This document shows, piece after piece, positions 1 to 12,386 of a DNA stretch of 64,000 nt; the stretch's first letter is position 1; each line of letters opens with the position of its first letter. The notes under the pieces are model-generated. The model saw nothing but the letters and a program-made list of their open reading frames with translations, did not search any database and had not been told where the DNA came from. This stretch comes from Macrostomum lignano (taxonomy: Eukaryota). Location of the stretch: NCBI GenBank assembly GCA_002269645.1, contig NIVC01002244.1, forward strand, positions 186,001-250,000, written 5' to 3'. A program made the position numbers and the translations under genes.

Positions 1-325
1 ACTGTAATGATCAACTACAGAACTGTAATAATCAACTACAGAACTGTAATAATCAACTACAGAACTGTAATGATCAACTACAGAACTGTAATAATCAACT
101 ACAGAACTGTAATAATCAACTACAGAACTGTAATAATCAACTACAGAACTGTAATAATCAACTACAGAACTGTAATGATCAACTACAGAACTGTAATAAT
201 CAACTACAGAACTGTAATAATCAACTACAGAACTGTAATAATCAACTACAGAACTGTAATAATCAACTACAGAACTGTAATAATCAACTACAGAACTGTA
301 ATGATTATCAACTACAGAACTGTAA
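1..325. repeat. 21-bp minisatellite (actgtaataatcaactacaga), about 15 copies, truncated by window start
   Basis: Directly visible tandem array. Confidence 0.95.
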
Positions 326-892
326 CAAATGACAACATATCTGCAAAATTCAAATACGATGTAGCAAAGGACAATAAAAATTATGAAAAACTTTAAACTA
401 CAGTGTAATAAAGTACAAATAAACGGCATCTAATTATACAAATAAGCAATCGTACTGCGCACACATGTTTTACACAGCTAGCAAAAATGCAAATTAAAAT
501 CGGATGCACTGACGTAATAAATGAACTAGCAACACGCGGAAGTAAAAACTCAAAACATAATGCCGCAAATAAATAATTCTAATTGATTAATTAGTCCAAA
601 TTAATTAAAAAACCCCGAGAAATTCAAATGAACCCAGCATAATTTAGAATTTTATTAGCTAATTAAATAGACAAAAGGAGGGGAATGAATATCAGAACGA
701 GCACTTTATTATGAAATTTTATGTACAATACATTAATGAGCATCTCAAATGACTGATGAAACTTTTAATTGCCACCGCAATGTGCCACTAATATCCGAAA
801 CCTTAGTAATCGTAGTAGCAAGCTACAAAATTAAAATTAGGACGAATTAAGAAATTACTAAATTTCCATGTTGCTGAAAAAGTCAGTTAGCC

Positions 893-1185
893 TATATGTA
901 TCGAAAGTATACTTTCCCTTGCTTTTTAGCTGTGAGCCGATATGTATCGAAAGTATACTTTCCCCTGCTTTCTAGCGGCGAGCCGATATGTATCGAAAGT
1001 ACACTTTCCTTACTTTCTAGCAAGGAGCCGATATGTATCGAAAGTATACTTTCCCCTGCTTTCTAGCGGTGAGCCGATATGTATCGAAAGTACACTTTCC
1101 TTACTTTCTAGCAAGGAGCCGATATGTATCTAAAGAACACTTTCCTGCTTTCTAGCGGTGAGCCGATATGTATCGAAAATCGACT
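893..1185. repeat. About 45-bp tandem repeat (gagccgatatgtatcgaaagtatactttcccctgctttctagcg), about 6 copies, in NSD 3' UTR or downstream
   Basis: Directly visible. Confidence 0.9.
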
Positions 1186-1215
1186 GTTAGAAACATGTAA
1201 GCCCGTATGTTCATA

Positions 1216-4200
1216 TTATTGGCAATTCTCTTTGCCGCTGCTAGAATCAGCTACGGTAGCCGCCTCCCCACAGCTGCCCTGCTGTTCCCCGGCCTCTCCA
1301 TTCCCAGCATCCATCTTATCGATATCGTCCTTGCTGTGGTCCAGGCACAGCAGGGAGCCGCCATCCTCCCCATCACCGTCAGTGCCATCGTCAGCGCTTT
1401 GAACGAACCGACCATGGGCGTGCTGGTCGCAATAGGAGGCGGTGCAAGCCGAGCAGAGCCGACTCGAGGGGCCGCCGCAGTCGTCGCAGTGATGCCAGGG
1501 ACAGATCCAGCGGCCGAATGGAGCCTTGGCCAGGCCCAGACAGTCGGCGTGGTAGGCCTTCGGACACGACTCTTTGCTGCACAGGATTAGCCGGCCTCCG
1601 TCGCCGCATCTGGAAGAGATGGGATAAAGGGAGAGAGGAGAGGCGACTAATAGGTACTGTACAAAGCCTGTCATATAAAACTACAGAACCAGTCAGGGGC
1701 GGAGAGATAATTTACAGAACCTGTCGGGGGGGGGCGGAAAGATAATCTACAGAAACTGTCAGGGGGGCGGAAAGATAATCTACAGAACCTGTCAGGGGGG
1801 GCGGAAAGATAATTTACAGAACCTGTCAAGGGGGAGATACTGTACAGAAACTTACAGAAAGTGTCGGGGGGAAACTACACAGAAACAGTCAAAGTCGAAA
1901 TGCGGGTCGGTGTCGTACATAAACTGTCAGACAGTCAGACAAAGGTCACCCAAGACTTGGGACTCGAACCTGAAGCACTCGTTTTCGTGAGCCAGCCGAA
2001 GTGCTCCGCTGCTGCTGCCGCCGCCGCCGCCGCCGCCCCCGCCCCAGCCGTTGCTAAGGGAGCCCCTTGGGCGACCTCTGCCACGGCCGCGACCCCGACC
2101 GCGGCGCCAGACGCCCCGACCTCGGCGCCAACCGCCGCGCCCGAAGCTGCCGGCATTATTTGGCGTAGACGTCGAGCCGTCTCCATCCCCGGTCTCCATC
2201 TTCTCCGTAGCCGTTGTTGAAGTCGACGAAGTCATCGATAGACTACGCGGAGGCCCCGACACCGGGTGCAAGCGAGGTCGGCCGCGCGGCCGCTTGCCTC
2301 CAACGCCGGGACCGGCGGCGCCGGCGGAAGCGACAGGCAGCGGCTGTTCCGGCGCGCCGCCCAGAAATCCGGCGCAGTTTTTGGCGCCGCACCGACAGGC
2401 GAGTTGGCGCTCGCCGTTGCCATCGTCGCCAAACCACTGGAAGCGATAGTTGAAGGTCAGCTCCTCGCCCGGCGAGATGTCACGCAGGGCGAAAAGGCCG
2501 ATGCGAAGGTCGCCGCCTACGGACCATTTGCAGGCCTGCGTGGTGCAAGCGGAAGTCTGCCTGTCACTGTACCTGTCACTCACTAATCTGTCAAATGCCT
2601 GTAACTAATCTGTCAAATACCTGTCACTAATCTGTCAAATACATGTCACTAATCTGTCAAATACCCGTCACTAATCTGTCAAATACTTGTCACTCACTAA
2701 TCTGTCAAATACCTGTCATTCACTAATCTCTCAAATACCTGTCATTCACTAATCTCTCAAATACCTGTAAATATTACCTGTCACTATTCAGTAAAATACC
2801 TGTCAACATGCTGTAAAAAGCTTGTAAAAAAGCCTATGTCTGCAGAATACACACAGAACCAGAAGCCAAAATCCCGCACTCACCTGCAAGTTCGGATCGC
2901 AGCTGTGATTAAGGAACCGACTAATATTGCCCCTCGGCCCGGCATCAATAACCCTCTGCTTGTCCAGCGTCAGCATGTAGAACTCCCTGACTCCGGCAGC
3001 AGACGCGGCCTCTAATCGTCTTTGAGCTTCGTCTGGATCGATGAGATCGCCGACGTACTCATTGACGAAGTCGCCTTTAGCGATGGCGGCGCAGGCGCGC
3101 AGACCCCAGCCGCGGCCGTCCGAGGTGCGAAACACCTGCTGGGGCGGGTAGGCTCGGGTGACGAAGCGGCGGTTCTGGCAGCGTTCGCCGGCGAGGCACA
3201 CGGACGGATGGCACTCGTAGCTGAGCGCCCGGTTCAGGCAGTTGGCGTCAGAGCCGCAGGGATTGGCACTGTTAGGGTCGCACTCGCAGCGGGGCAGGTC
3301 AGCGACGTCCGGCTTGATTAGGCGGGCCTGAGGGTCAAGTTATACACCTGCCAATTATCCCAAACACACATACCATTCATACTAAGCACACCTGCCAATC
3401 ACCCCAAGCACACCTATCAATCATCCAAAACACACCTGTCAATCCCTCAAGCAAACCCGTCAATTATCCTAAGCACAGCCTATCAATCATCCAAAGCATA
3501 CCTGTCAATCATCCCAAGCACACCTGTCAATCATCCAAAGCACACCTGTCAATCATCCCAAGCACACCTGTCAATCATCCCAAGCACACCTATCAATAAT
3601 CCAAAATACACCTGTCAATCATCCAAAACACACCTGTCAATCACCCAAGCACACCTGTCAATCATCCCAAGCACACCTGTCAATCACCCAAGCACATCTG
3701 TCAATCACCCCAAGCACACCTGTCAATCACCCCAAGCACACCTGTCAATCACCCCAAGCACACCTGTCAATCATCCCAAGCACACCTGTCAATCACCCAA
3801 GCACATCTGTCAATCACCCCAAGCACACCTATCAATCATCCCAAGCACATCTGTCAATCACCCCAAGCACACCTGTCAATCACCCCAAGCACACATATCA
3901 GAACACCAGTTGGTCAATAGCATAGCCTCCAACAGCTATTTTAACCACAGTAATAAGACAAATATTACGTTGCCAATAGGAAAGTTGACTTTAATCAACT
4001 TAAACGGCGGCGGTCGCCTCGGCTGCTGCTGCTTGATCAAACGCCGCCCCGCCGCATTGGAATTATTATCGTCTTCATCGTCGGATGTTGTCGTCGATGA
4101 CGATGAATTATCGAAGCCGTTGTCTGCCGCTGCTGGCCGACGCCGGTACTGGCGCGGCAGCAGAGCGGCATCGGCGGCGCGTATCCGAGCGGAGCGCAGC

Positions 4201-7200
4201 GAGTCCCGCGCCGCTCTGGCCAGCTGCACCGCCTGTCGACGAAGCACTGCCACTTTGTCGTCTCCTTGATCGTCGCTGCCGCTGTCCCCGCCGAGGCAGG
4301 CTTCGGCGAGGTCGAAGTCCAGCACTTGACTCCGTGTGATCCAGAGGACGCCTTCAGCTGGAACTCCGGGCAGGTCGCTAAAATCGCTGCTTTCGTCGCC
4401 AAACAGACGAACGGAGAAGCCGAATTCTTCAACGACAGCCGACGAAGGGGCGGCGGTGGCGGCGGCAGCCTGCGAATTCGGGTGGAGCAGCTCGGCCGGC
4501 CACCAGCTGTCCGGCGAGGCCGGGAGCTTCGCCCAGACGATGTCGCCGTAGCGAGGTGGCAGGCGGCCCAACGGGCGACAGTCTGAGCAGACAAAGTTAC
4601 CCGCTGTCACCGGCTCAAGGCCGTTGGGCAGACAGGCCAGATGGTAGGCAGCTGGACAGCGGAGACAGCGGAGCAACGGCGGTTGCGGCGGCGGTGACGG
4701 CGTTGAAGAAGCGACATTGGACGACTTTCGCCGGGAACTGCCGCAGCTGGGCTTGGCGCTGCCGTTCTCAGCGACAGCAGCGGAGCTTCCGTCGCTTTCC
4801 TCGCCGCCTGACTGGCAGCAGGCGAGGCAGCGGTCCAGCGTCGAAGGATCTCCGACTTTGGAATGCGCCGGACAGACGATGTAGCCTTTGCCGGAGCCGA
4901 GAAGACGGCTGCCGGCGGGCAGGCAGCGCTGGCCGGCGTGGTAGGCGGCCGGACAGCGGACGCAGCGAAGCAATCGAAGGCGGATGCCGTTGCAGGAGCC
5001 GATGGCCTGGCGATAGAGGGACAAGGGTTCGATTCTGAATTGGGATTTTGAGGCCGATTCTGAATGGGGATTTGAGGCCGATTCTAAATGGGGATTTGAG
5101 GCCGATTCTGAATGGGGATTTGAGGCCGATTCTGAATGGGGATTTGAGGCCGATTCTGAATGGGGATTTGAGGCCAATTCTTAATGGGGATTTGAGGCCG
5201 ATTCTGAATGGGGATTTGAGGCCGATTCTGAATGGGGATTTGAGGCCGATTCTAAATGGGGATTTGAGGCCGATTCTGAATGGGGATTTGAGGCCGATTC
5301 TGAATGGGGATTTGAGGCCGATTCTGAATGGGGATTTGAGGCCGATTCTGAATGGGGATTTGAGGCCGATTCTGAATGGGGATTTGAGGCCGATTCTGAA
5401 TGGGGATTTGAGGCCGATTCTGAATGGGGATTTGAGGCCGATTCTAAATGGGGATTTGAGGCCGATTCTGAATGGGGATTTGAGGCCGATTCTGAATGGG
5501 GATTTGAGGCCGATTCTGAATGGGGATTTGAGGCCGATTCTAAATGGGGATTTGAGGCCGATTCCGAATGGGGATTTGAGACCGATTCTAAATGGGGATT
5601 TGAGGCCGATTCTGAATGGGGATTTGAGGCCGATTCCGAATGGGGATTTGAGGCCGATTCTGAATGGGGATTTGAGGCCGATTCTGAATGGGGATTTGAG
5701 GCCGATTCCGAATGGGGATTTGAGGCCGATTCCGAATGGGGATTTGAGGCCGATTCTGAATGGGGATTTGAGGCCGATTCCGAATGGGGATTTGAGACCG
5801 ATTCTAAATGGGGATTTGAGGCCGATTCCGAATGGGGATTTGAGGCCGATTCCGAATGGGGATTTGAGGCCGATTCTGAATGGGGAGTGAAGGGTCATTC
5901 ATTCTAAATGAGGATTTATCTAAAATGCGACCCTGAATGGGGATCCTATGGATAGAAGAGTAATAAAGATTCCAGAAAAAGATCTAGTGGAGGATTAGCT
6001 GTCGGAATGCCAAGTTTTGCATTGAAAGGGGAGAATGGAGAATTCAAAATGGTGCAAAAAAGCCCTACCTGGTCAGGCGGTCCCAGCCGGCAGGTGAGGC
6101 ACTCGTGCTGCGGGCACACCAGACCGCCGCCCCCGTCTCCGGTGGATCCTCTGCCAGTCCGCCGGAACCCGGAAGCCGTGCCGGAGTCGCCGCCGACGCT
6201 AGCGACGCAGGCGGTGTGGTACACCCGGCCGCAGCCGCGGACTCGGCACCGGGAGACGGCAGCTTTACCGTCGTCACCATCGCTGACGGTTCCGTTTGGG
6301 ATAGCGGTGGAGTTGCAGAGGAAGCACCTGGAAGTTTAGGTTAAAGCATTATTTGTATTTCCGGTACATAGTTTCATGCACAATACCTGACTCTCACTGA
6401 CTGACAATGCTAGAATCTCACTGTCTGGCAATACTAGAATCTCACTGTCTGACAATCCTAGAATCTCACTGTCTGACAATGCTAGAATCTCACTGCCTGA
6501 CAATCCTAGATTCTCACTGTCTGACAACGCTAGAATCTCACTGTCTGACAATGCTAGAATCTCACTGCCTGACAATCCTAGATTCTCACTGTCTGACAAT
6601 GCTAGAATCTCACTGTCTGGCAATACTAGAATCTCACTGTCTGACAATGTAAGAATCTCACTGTCTGACAATGCTAGAATCTCACTGTCTGACAATGTAA
6701 GAATCTCACTGTCTGACAATGTAAGAATCTCACTGTCTGACAATGCTAGAATCTCACTGTCTGACAATGCTAGAATCTCACTGTCTGAATGCTAGAATCT
6801 CACTGTCTGACAATGTAAGAATCTTAATGTCTGACCAACCTGACAGGCAGGCCTTTTGTGCAGCTGCCGCAGGCGCCGCCCTCGCACACGCTGGCCAGGC
6901 ACCGGGAGTGCCCGATTCGGCCGCATCGATTCGGACAGGCGGCCACCGCGGTGGCGTCGCCGCCTCCATCCTCGGACGCGGCGTCCTCGTTGCTGTCGGC
7001 GCCGCTGGAGTCGGCGGCGGCATCGCCGGCCTCCCTTTCGCAGACGTCGCAGACGTTGGGTGCCGGCCGGACGACGCCGCGGGGCGCCAGCGACAGGCGA
7101 TGAAATTCCAACGGCGGCCCAGACTGGTCCTCTGGTTCTTGGCCGCAGCGCCGGCCGCCGCCACCGCCGGCGCCAGCTAATACGGCGTCAAACACAGAGT

Positions 7201-8373
7201 CAAACAGGGCGTCGGAGTCCTCGCCGTCGCCTTCGCCGGCTGGTGCAACTGCGGCCGCGGAGGCCGAATTGTTGGCTGCAGCGGCGGCGGCGGCTGCTGC
7301 TTGCTTGCAGGCGGCCTTCCATAGCGGGCGAATCCGCCCGGGAATGCAGAAATGCTTTGGAGACTGCGGGGTTGGTGAGGGGTGTTGGGGCGGGATAAAA
7401 CTACAGCTGCAGTCCGCTTGTAGGTGCACAAACTGCAACCTCTCAAATGTACACAAACTGCAACCCCAGATGTACACAAACTGCAACCCCAGATGTACAC
7501 AAACTGCAACCCCAGTTGCGCACAAACTGCAACCCCAGTTGCGCACAAACTGCAACCCCAGATGTACACAAACTGCAACCACATATGTACAAAAACTGCA
7601 ACCCCAGATGTACAAAAACTGCAACCACATATGTTCACAAACTGCAACCCTAGATGTACACAAACTGCAACCACAGATGTTCACAAACTGCAACCCCAGT
7701 TGTACACAAACTGCAACCCTAGATGTACACAAACTGCAACCCTAGATGTACACAAACTGCAACCACATATGTACACAAACTGCAACCCCAGATGTACAAA
7801 AACTGCAACCACAGATGTTCACAAACTGCAACCCTAGATGTACACAAACTGCAACCACAGATGTTCACAAACTGCAACCCCAGTTGTACACAAACTGCAA
7901 CCCTAGATGTACACAAACTGCAACCCTAGATGTACACAAACTGCAACCCCAGTTGTGCACAAACTGCAACCCCAGATGCGCAAAAACTGCAACCCCAGAT
8001 GTACACAAACTGCAACCACTGATGTACACAAACTGCAACCTCAAATGTACACAAACTGCAACCACAGATGTGCACAAACTGCAACCACAGATGTACACCC
8101 GATGTCCCATATTAAGAATTCTCACCTTGGAATGGAATGGAATTAGATTGCAATCATCTGGCACCCAAGAAGTTTCTGCCACTGATCCAAAGAAGCGCAC
8201 GTGACACAGGCCTGACATAGTAGAGCTAATAGCTGACACATTTCCACCATTGCTAGCATGCTCAGGCTTCTGTACAATACACGGCCAATATGGACAATCA
8301 ATGGTTCGAGCCCAGAGGAGGTCGCCAACCTTGTGGCTCTGGTGTTTGCTGCGCTTTCTATCCAGTTTTAGAT
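1216..8373 (-). CDS. NSD: NSD-family histone H3K36 methyltransferase (PWWP-PHDs-PWWP-AWS-SET-postSET-PHD/C5HCH), 5' end unresolved
   Basis: Exons (minus) 8373-8126, 7363-6840 (acceptor slightly uncertain), 6327-6069, 5006-3969, 3327-2884, 2535-1970, 1609-1216. All GT-AG with compatible phases. Motifs: PWWP1 VGDLLWARTIDCPYWPCIV, PWWP2 YGDIVWAKLPASPDSWWPAE, AWS CECDPNSANPCGSDANCLNR, SET RFLNHSCDPN and ELTFNY, post-SET CRCGAKNCAGFLG, terminal [27 protein letters not shown]...CPWHHC. The first exon shown is entered in phase 1, so upstream coding exon(s) exist that I could not identify. Confidence 0.93.
1675..1880. repeat. About 32-bp minisatellite in last NSD intron (tacagaacctgtcagggggggcggaaagataat)
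   Basis: Directly visible, about 5 copies, degenerate ends. Confidence 0.85.
2565..2815. repeat. 22-26-bp minisatellite (cactaatctgtcaaatacctgt) in NSD intron
   Basis: Directly visible. Confidence 0.9.
3340..3900. repeat. About 23-bp minisatellite (aagcacacctgtcaatcacccc) in NSD intron
   Basis: Directly visible, more than 20 copies. Confidence 0.92.
5030..5890. repeat. 24-bp minisatellite (gaggccgattctgaatggggattt), about 35 copies, NSD intron
   Basis: Directly visible; source of the LKSPFRIG and LRPILNGD ORFs. Confidence 0.97.
6385..6830. repeat. 24-bp minisatellite (tctcactgtctgacaatgctagaa), about 18 copies, NSD intron
   Basis: Directly visible. Confidence 0.95.
7425..8100. repeat. 23-bp minisatellite (gatgtacacaaactgcaacccca), about 29 copies, NSD intron
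   Basis: Directly visible. Confidence 0.95.
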
Positions 8374-8598
8374 CTTAGAAATGGCAAAGACTGGCTTAGT
8401 GAAACTGAAAACAATAGAATGTATGGATAAATTACCACTATTTATTTTACAATTAAAGTTCTTAGCTTTTGAATTTTGCTAATTAATTATTAGCTAGAGA
8501 TTGAATAGGAAAAAACTTTTTGGGACTAGGAAGCTTTTGGGGGTTGGTGAGATGTCAAGGGTCATGGAATGGGTTGCTAAGATGCATGCTTGGGCGCA

Positions 8599-9037
8599 AC
8601 CTTGGGATTCACTCGACATACATGCGCAACCTCCAAAATTCGGTCGGCCGTGCGACCTAGTTTTAAGAAAAATGCAACGTAGTTTTTGGCCAAAAATGCG
8701 ACTTTCATGTAAAAGAAACCCTAAAGCAAAACTAACGTAACTTTGGGTAAACGGCAGGAGTAACTATGACTGTCTTTTAGGGAAAAATGCCTCGTCATCT
8801 ACTTAGTACTACTTGGTATTTTTTGGGTGGGCATTTTTGCGACTTAACTTGCTTGGCCACCAAATCAGTCAGCTGGATTGGTATGTATGTCGGCATGTAT
8901 GTCACTCGGCCATTTCTATTGGCAACACACACATGTAAGTCGCTATTGGATGGAATAGTAGTCACATGACTGCTCTCAGCCAATAGCAACTTACATGTGT
9001 GTGTTGCCAATAGAAATGGTGGAGTGAATCCCAAGGT
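8599..9037. mobile_element. Small TIR-bounded element containing a long hairpin
   Basis: ACCTTGGGATTCACTC near 8599 and GAGTGAATCCCAAGGT near 9022; also GACATACATGC (about 8616) and GCATGTATGTC (about 8893). Internal hairpin at 8910-9019. No TSD identified. Confidence 0.5.
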
Positions 9038-9829
9038 GGCAAGGATCATAGAGTGAGATTATTGAAATGACAAATGTGGGATGGGGAAGGGTTATTAAGA
9101 TACCTAGGGTTATGGATGGTTGGTTGTTAAAACATCAAGGCTCCATTGAAGTTTTTGTATACTAAACATATTTAAAGTGAGTTATTGTAGAGCCATGGCT
9201 TAAAATAAAGTTTTAATGTCAAAGCTCAAATGGGATGCTAATATTTAAGGCTAGATTTTCCTTAAGAAATTAACATTTGTATTTAAATGAGGCAAAAGCC
9301 TTAAAGTTTATTCAATTGTGTTTCTTTCTTTGCCTTTTCAGTATAGGCAAAGATGGCTAGTTTTGCCTCTAAAATTAATAATACAATATTAGATAAAGCT
9401 TATGAAAGCAAGTTGAAAAACTACTATAAGGAAATCCAAATTTGAATTCCAATATTCTGATAAAGAAAAAAAGAACAAAGTAATAAAGAACTATTATAGG
9501 CCTATTATACAGCTACAACTAGCCCTAACTTAGCCAATATGGCTAGGTGATGGGACAACCAAGATAGGTTTAACTATATTACAAAACCAATACTTTATAT
9601 TTTTATCTTTTCGAAATACAAAAATTTAAAAATTAAGTAAAAAACAGTCAAAATTTTATAGCTTTGACTTAAGTTAAGTCAACCCAAATAAAAAAACTAA
9701 ATGTTTTATAAGCATACTAGGCCTAGTTAATTATATAGGTCAAGGATTAGCAAACTTTTTATCTCAAGGGCAGATAAAGAACATAGTTTAGTTACCTAGA
9801 GAATGATTACAGGCCAGAAAAAAGGGAGA

Positions 9830-10210
9830 AAGGAGAGAGAACAAAGAAGAGAGAAGGAAGATAAGAGAAAATGGAGGCAAGAGAATAAAGGAAAAGAGCA
9901 TGAAAAGAAAAAAAGAATGAAGGGAAAAGGAGAAAAAAGAAAGAAAAAAGGAGATGAGAAGATAAGAAGATAAAATAAGGAGAGAAAAAAAGAGAAGACA
10001 GAAGAGAAAAGGAAAGAAAATAAGATAAATAAGATGAGGAAAGAGAAGATAAGGAGAGAAGATAAGAAAAGTAAGAGAAGATGGGCCTAAGGAATCAAAA
10101 AGGAGACAAGAAGAGAGGAGAAAAGAGAGTGGATAATGTAATTAAGAGAAGTGTAAAGAAAAAGAAAAGAAAAAATGGAAAAGAAATAAGAGTACTAAAA
10201 AGAGATAGGC
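9830..10210. repeat. Low-complexity polypurine (A/G) tract
   Basis: About 380 bp almost entirely A/G on the + strand. Confidence 0.85.
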
Positions 10211-12386
10211 CTATAGCTTATAAATATTAAGTAGGCCAAATTGCTGATCATAAACTTTCAAAAGATCTGAGGGCCAAATAGAGAAGAAGAGCTCTATAGG
10301 CCACATGTAGCCTGTAGGCTAAAGTTTGTAAACTTATACCATGACCATGGTCTAGGCCTAGGCCTAGACCTATATCTTTTTTTGCTAAAACTACTAGATT
10401 AGGACTTTTTGAACTTTAGGCTTAGCTTAGTAGGTAGGCTCTATATCAAATACTTTAGATTTCCCATTTTTTGAAACTTGCCAGATTCTTAGAGTCTTAG
10501 ACTAGACTAGACTCTAAAGAATAAATAAAAAGCCAAAAATCAACATGTGGTTTTTTCTACACATTTTGTATACCAAGGTGCATTATTAGGTATATTGTTT
10601 GAAACAAAAGGTTTGAGTAAGCGAATTAATAAATTATTTGTCAATGAATGGTAGCTGGTGAGTAAGTATTTTGTATATACAAAGTAGTTGGAGGTTGATA
10701 GGCCCTAGTCCATAGGGCGGGGCGAAGACCAATAGGTAGAAAACAAAATATAATTGAATGAGCACTGGTTACAACAAGGTCAGTGCTCTCTTACTCAGAA
10801 TACATGGAAGACATGGCCTGCACCACTGTGTTGGAGTTGCGTATTAAGGGTGGGCAACTGGTTTTTTTATATACAAGGCTTTTAAGATTCGTTAGAGATT
10901 CTTTAGAGGTAACACAAGCTTGATTTGTTAGGCCTAGCCTAATATCCTATGTTATTAATATTAGTGATAATTTGATACAAACACTAGGCCTAACTATTTC
11001 AAAGAATTGAATAATTAAAAAAATGTAACTTTTTAAGAATCTTAAGGGCCTAACTTTTAAATTTAATGTATTTAGGCGTATTTTCCAAAATTTGATAAAT
11101 TTATTATTTAGGCCTATCCTGAAACGAAATTCAGAGGATTTAAATAGTCCCTAGATCCTAGATTCATTTAATATTTTGTAGGCCCTAATAGGCCCTATTT
11201 AGTATTCTAAGCCTATAGCTATATCTAACACATATAGCCATGGCATAGATTTGCTTTAACAGAACCCTACTAAAAAGTACAATAGGGCCTAGGACCTAGT
11301 CTATATAGTAGGCCTATAAGTTGCAATATAGAGTAGGCCTAGGCCTATAGAAACTACATGATAGGCCATGATAGGCCTAGCCTCACTACAGGATAGCATC
11401 ACTACTAATAGTACTAATTGGTTTTATGGGGCTAAGAATATGATGGTTAACATAGGCCTGTGGTGAAGCTAATCCGGTATTCCTAACATGCACAGTAGGC
11501 CTATGAATTTTTTTAGGGACTACACTACTTAACCTTGAGCTAGGCCTACCTAATGGAAATGCAGGTCTGCTGTTTTTTAATGCTAGATAACGAAGTAAAA
11601 TCGGCTTTAACTTTTAAATAAATAAAACAAAAACACTTGCAGAGTATACAAAATTTAGAGTTTACTCACAAGCTATGTAGTATATTAGTAAATTTAGTAA
11701 TATAAAAGATTTATAATATTTAGATTTACAAAATTTAAAAAAACTATTTTTAAAAAAAGCTTACATATTATTTTTGCACAGATTTAACATTTTACTTTTC
11801 TTCGAAACAAAACTACTTTGCCTAGTTCTTTGGGGCTGCCCTAAATAAGTTAGTTTATGATTAAAACGTTTCACTCAAAACTTAAATCACTTTTTTCTTT
11901 CGAAACCGTTGTATTTATTGTTTAGTTTGAGAGGACATATTTTCTATTTTCTGATTCAATAATTTTAGGATTTTAAGATCATTAAACTACTTCTAATTTT
12001 TGTTATTGTGAAATAATGTGAATGAAGTGTTGCTTTCCTTTATTGCTTTATTTGTACATAAAAATGGAGCCATTGAATTTTTAACATCTTAATTTCGAGA
12101 CGGATATATTAGAGACAGTTAGAAAAAAAACTAATTTAATTCTGACAGACGATTCATAGATTACTATTGTCTAGTCAATAGGCAACTTACGAAATTAGCA
12201 AAAATATTGTTTCTTATTACATGCACTATGCAGTTTTTTTCTTTTATTTTTCTACATTCATTTCATTATACTAGCACCATATGTTTAATCTTTCTAAATA
12301 TTATTTGTTTTCGAAAATAGGTTATCGTGTAGTTATCTTATATGCATGCTGCATAGATTAAAAATTAAAACATTGCAGATAACACT

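Noticed and set aside
1950-1995. tRNA B-box-like GGTTCGAGTCC on the minus strand
   Set aside because: It coincides with the NSD exon/intron junction (ttcag|gttcga); no A-box or cloverleaf.
1124-7400. Many overlapping antisense or alternate-frame ORFs over GC-rich exons (also at 17271-17739, 22830-23475, 24298-24648)
   Set aside because: Expected shadow ORFs of GC-rich coding sequence.
4768-8204. Repetitive ORFs (LKSPFRIG, SDSEILAL, MYTNCNP)
   Set aside because: Intronic minisatellites of NSD; only the flanking exon parts are coding.
10780-11800. Possible NSD first exons (ATG near 11790 with donor at 11764; segment about 10794-10858)
   Set aside because: Weak acceptor, no homology, and the phase does not join the 8373 acceptor.
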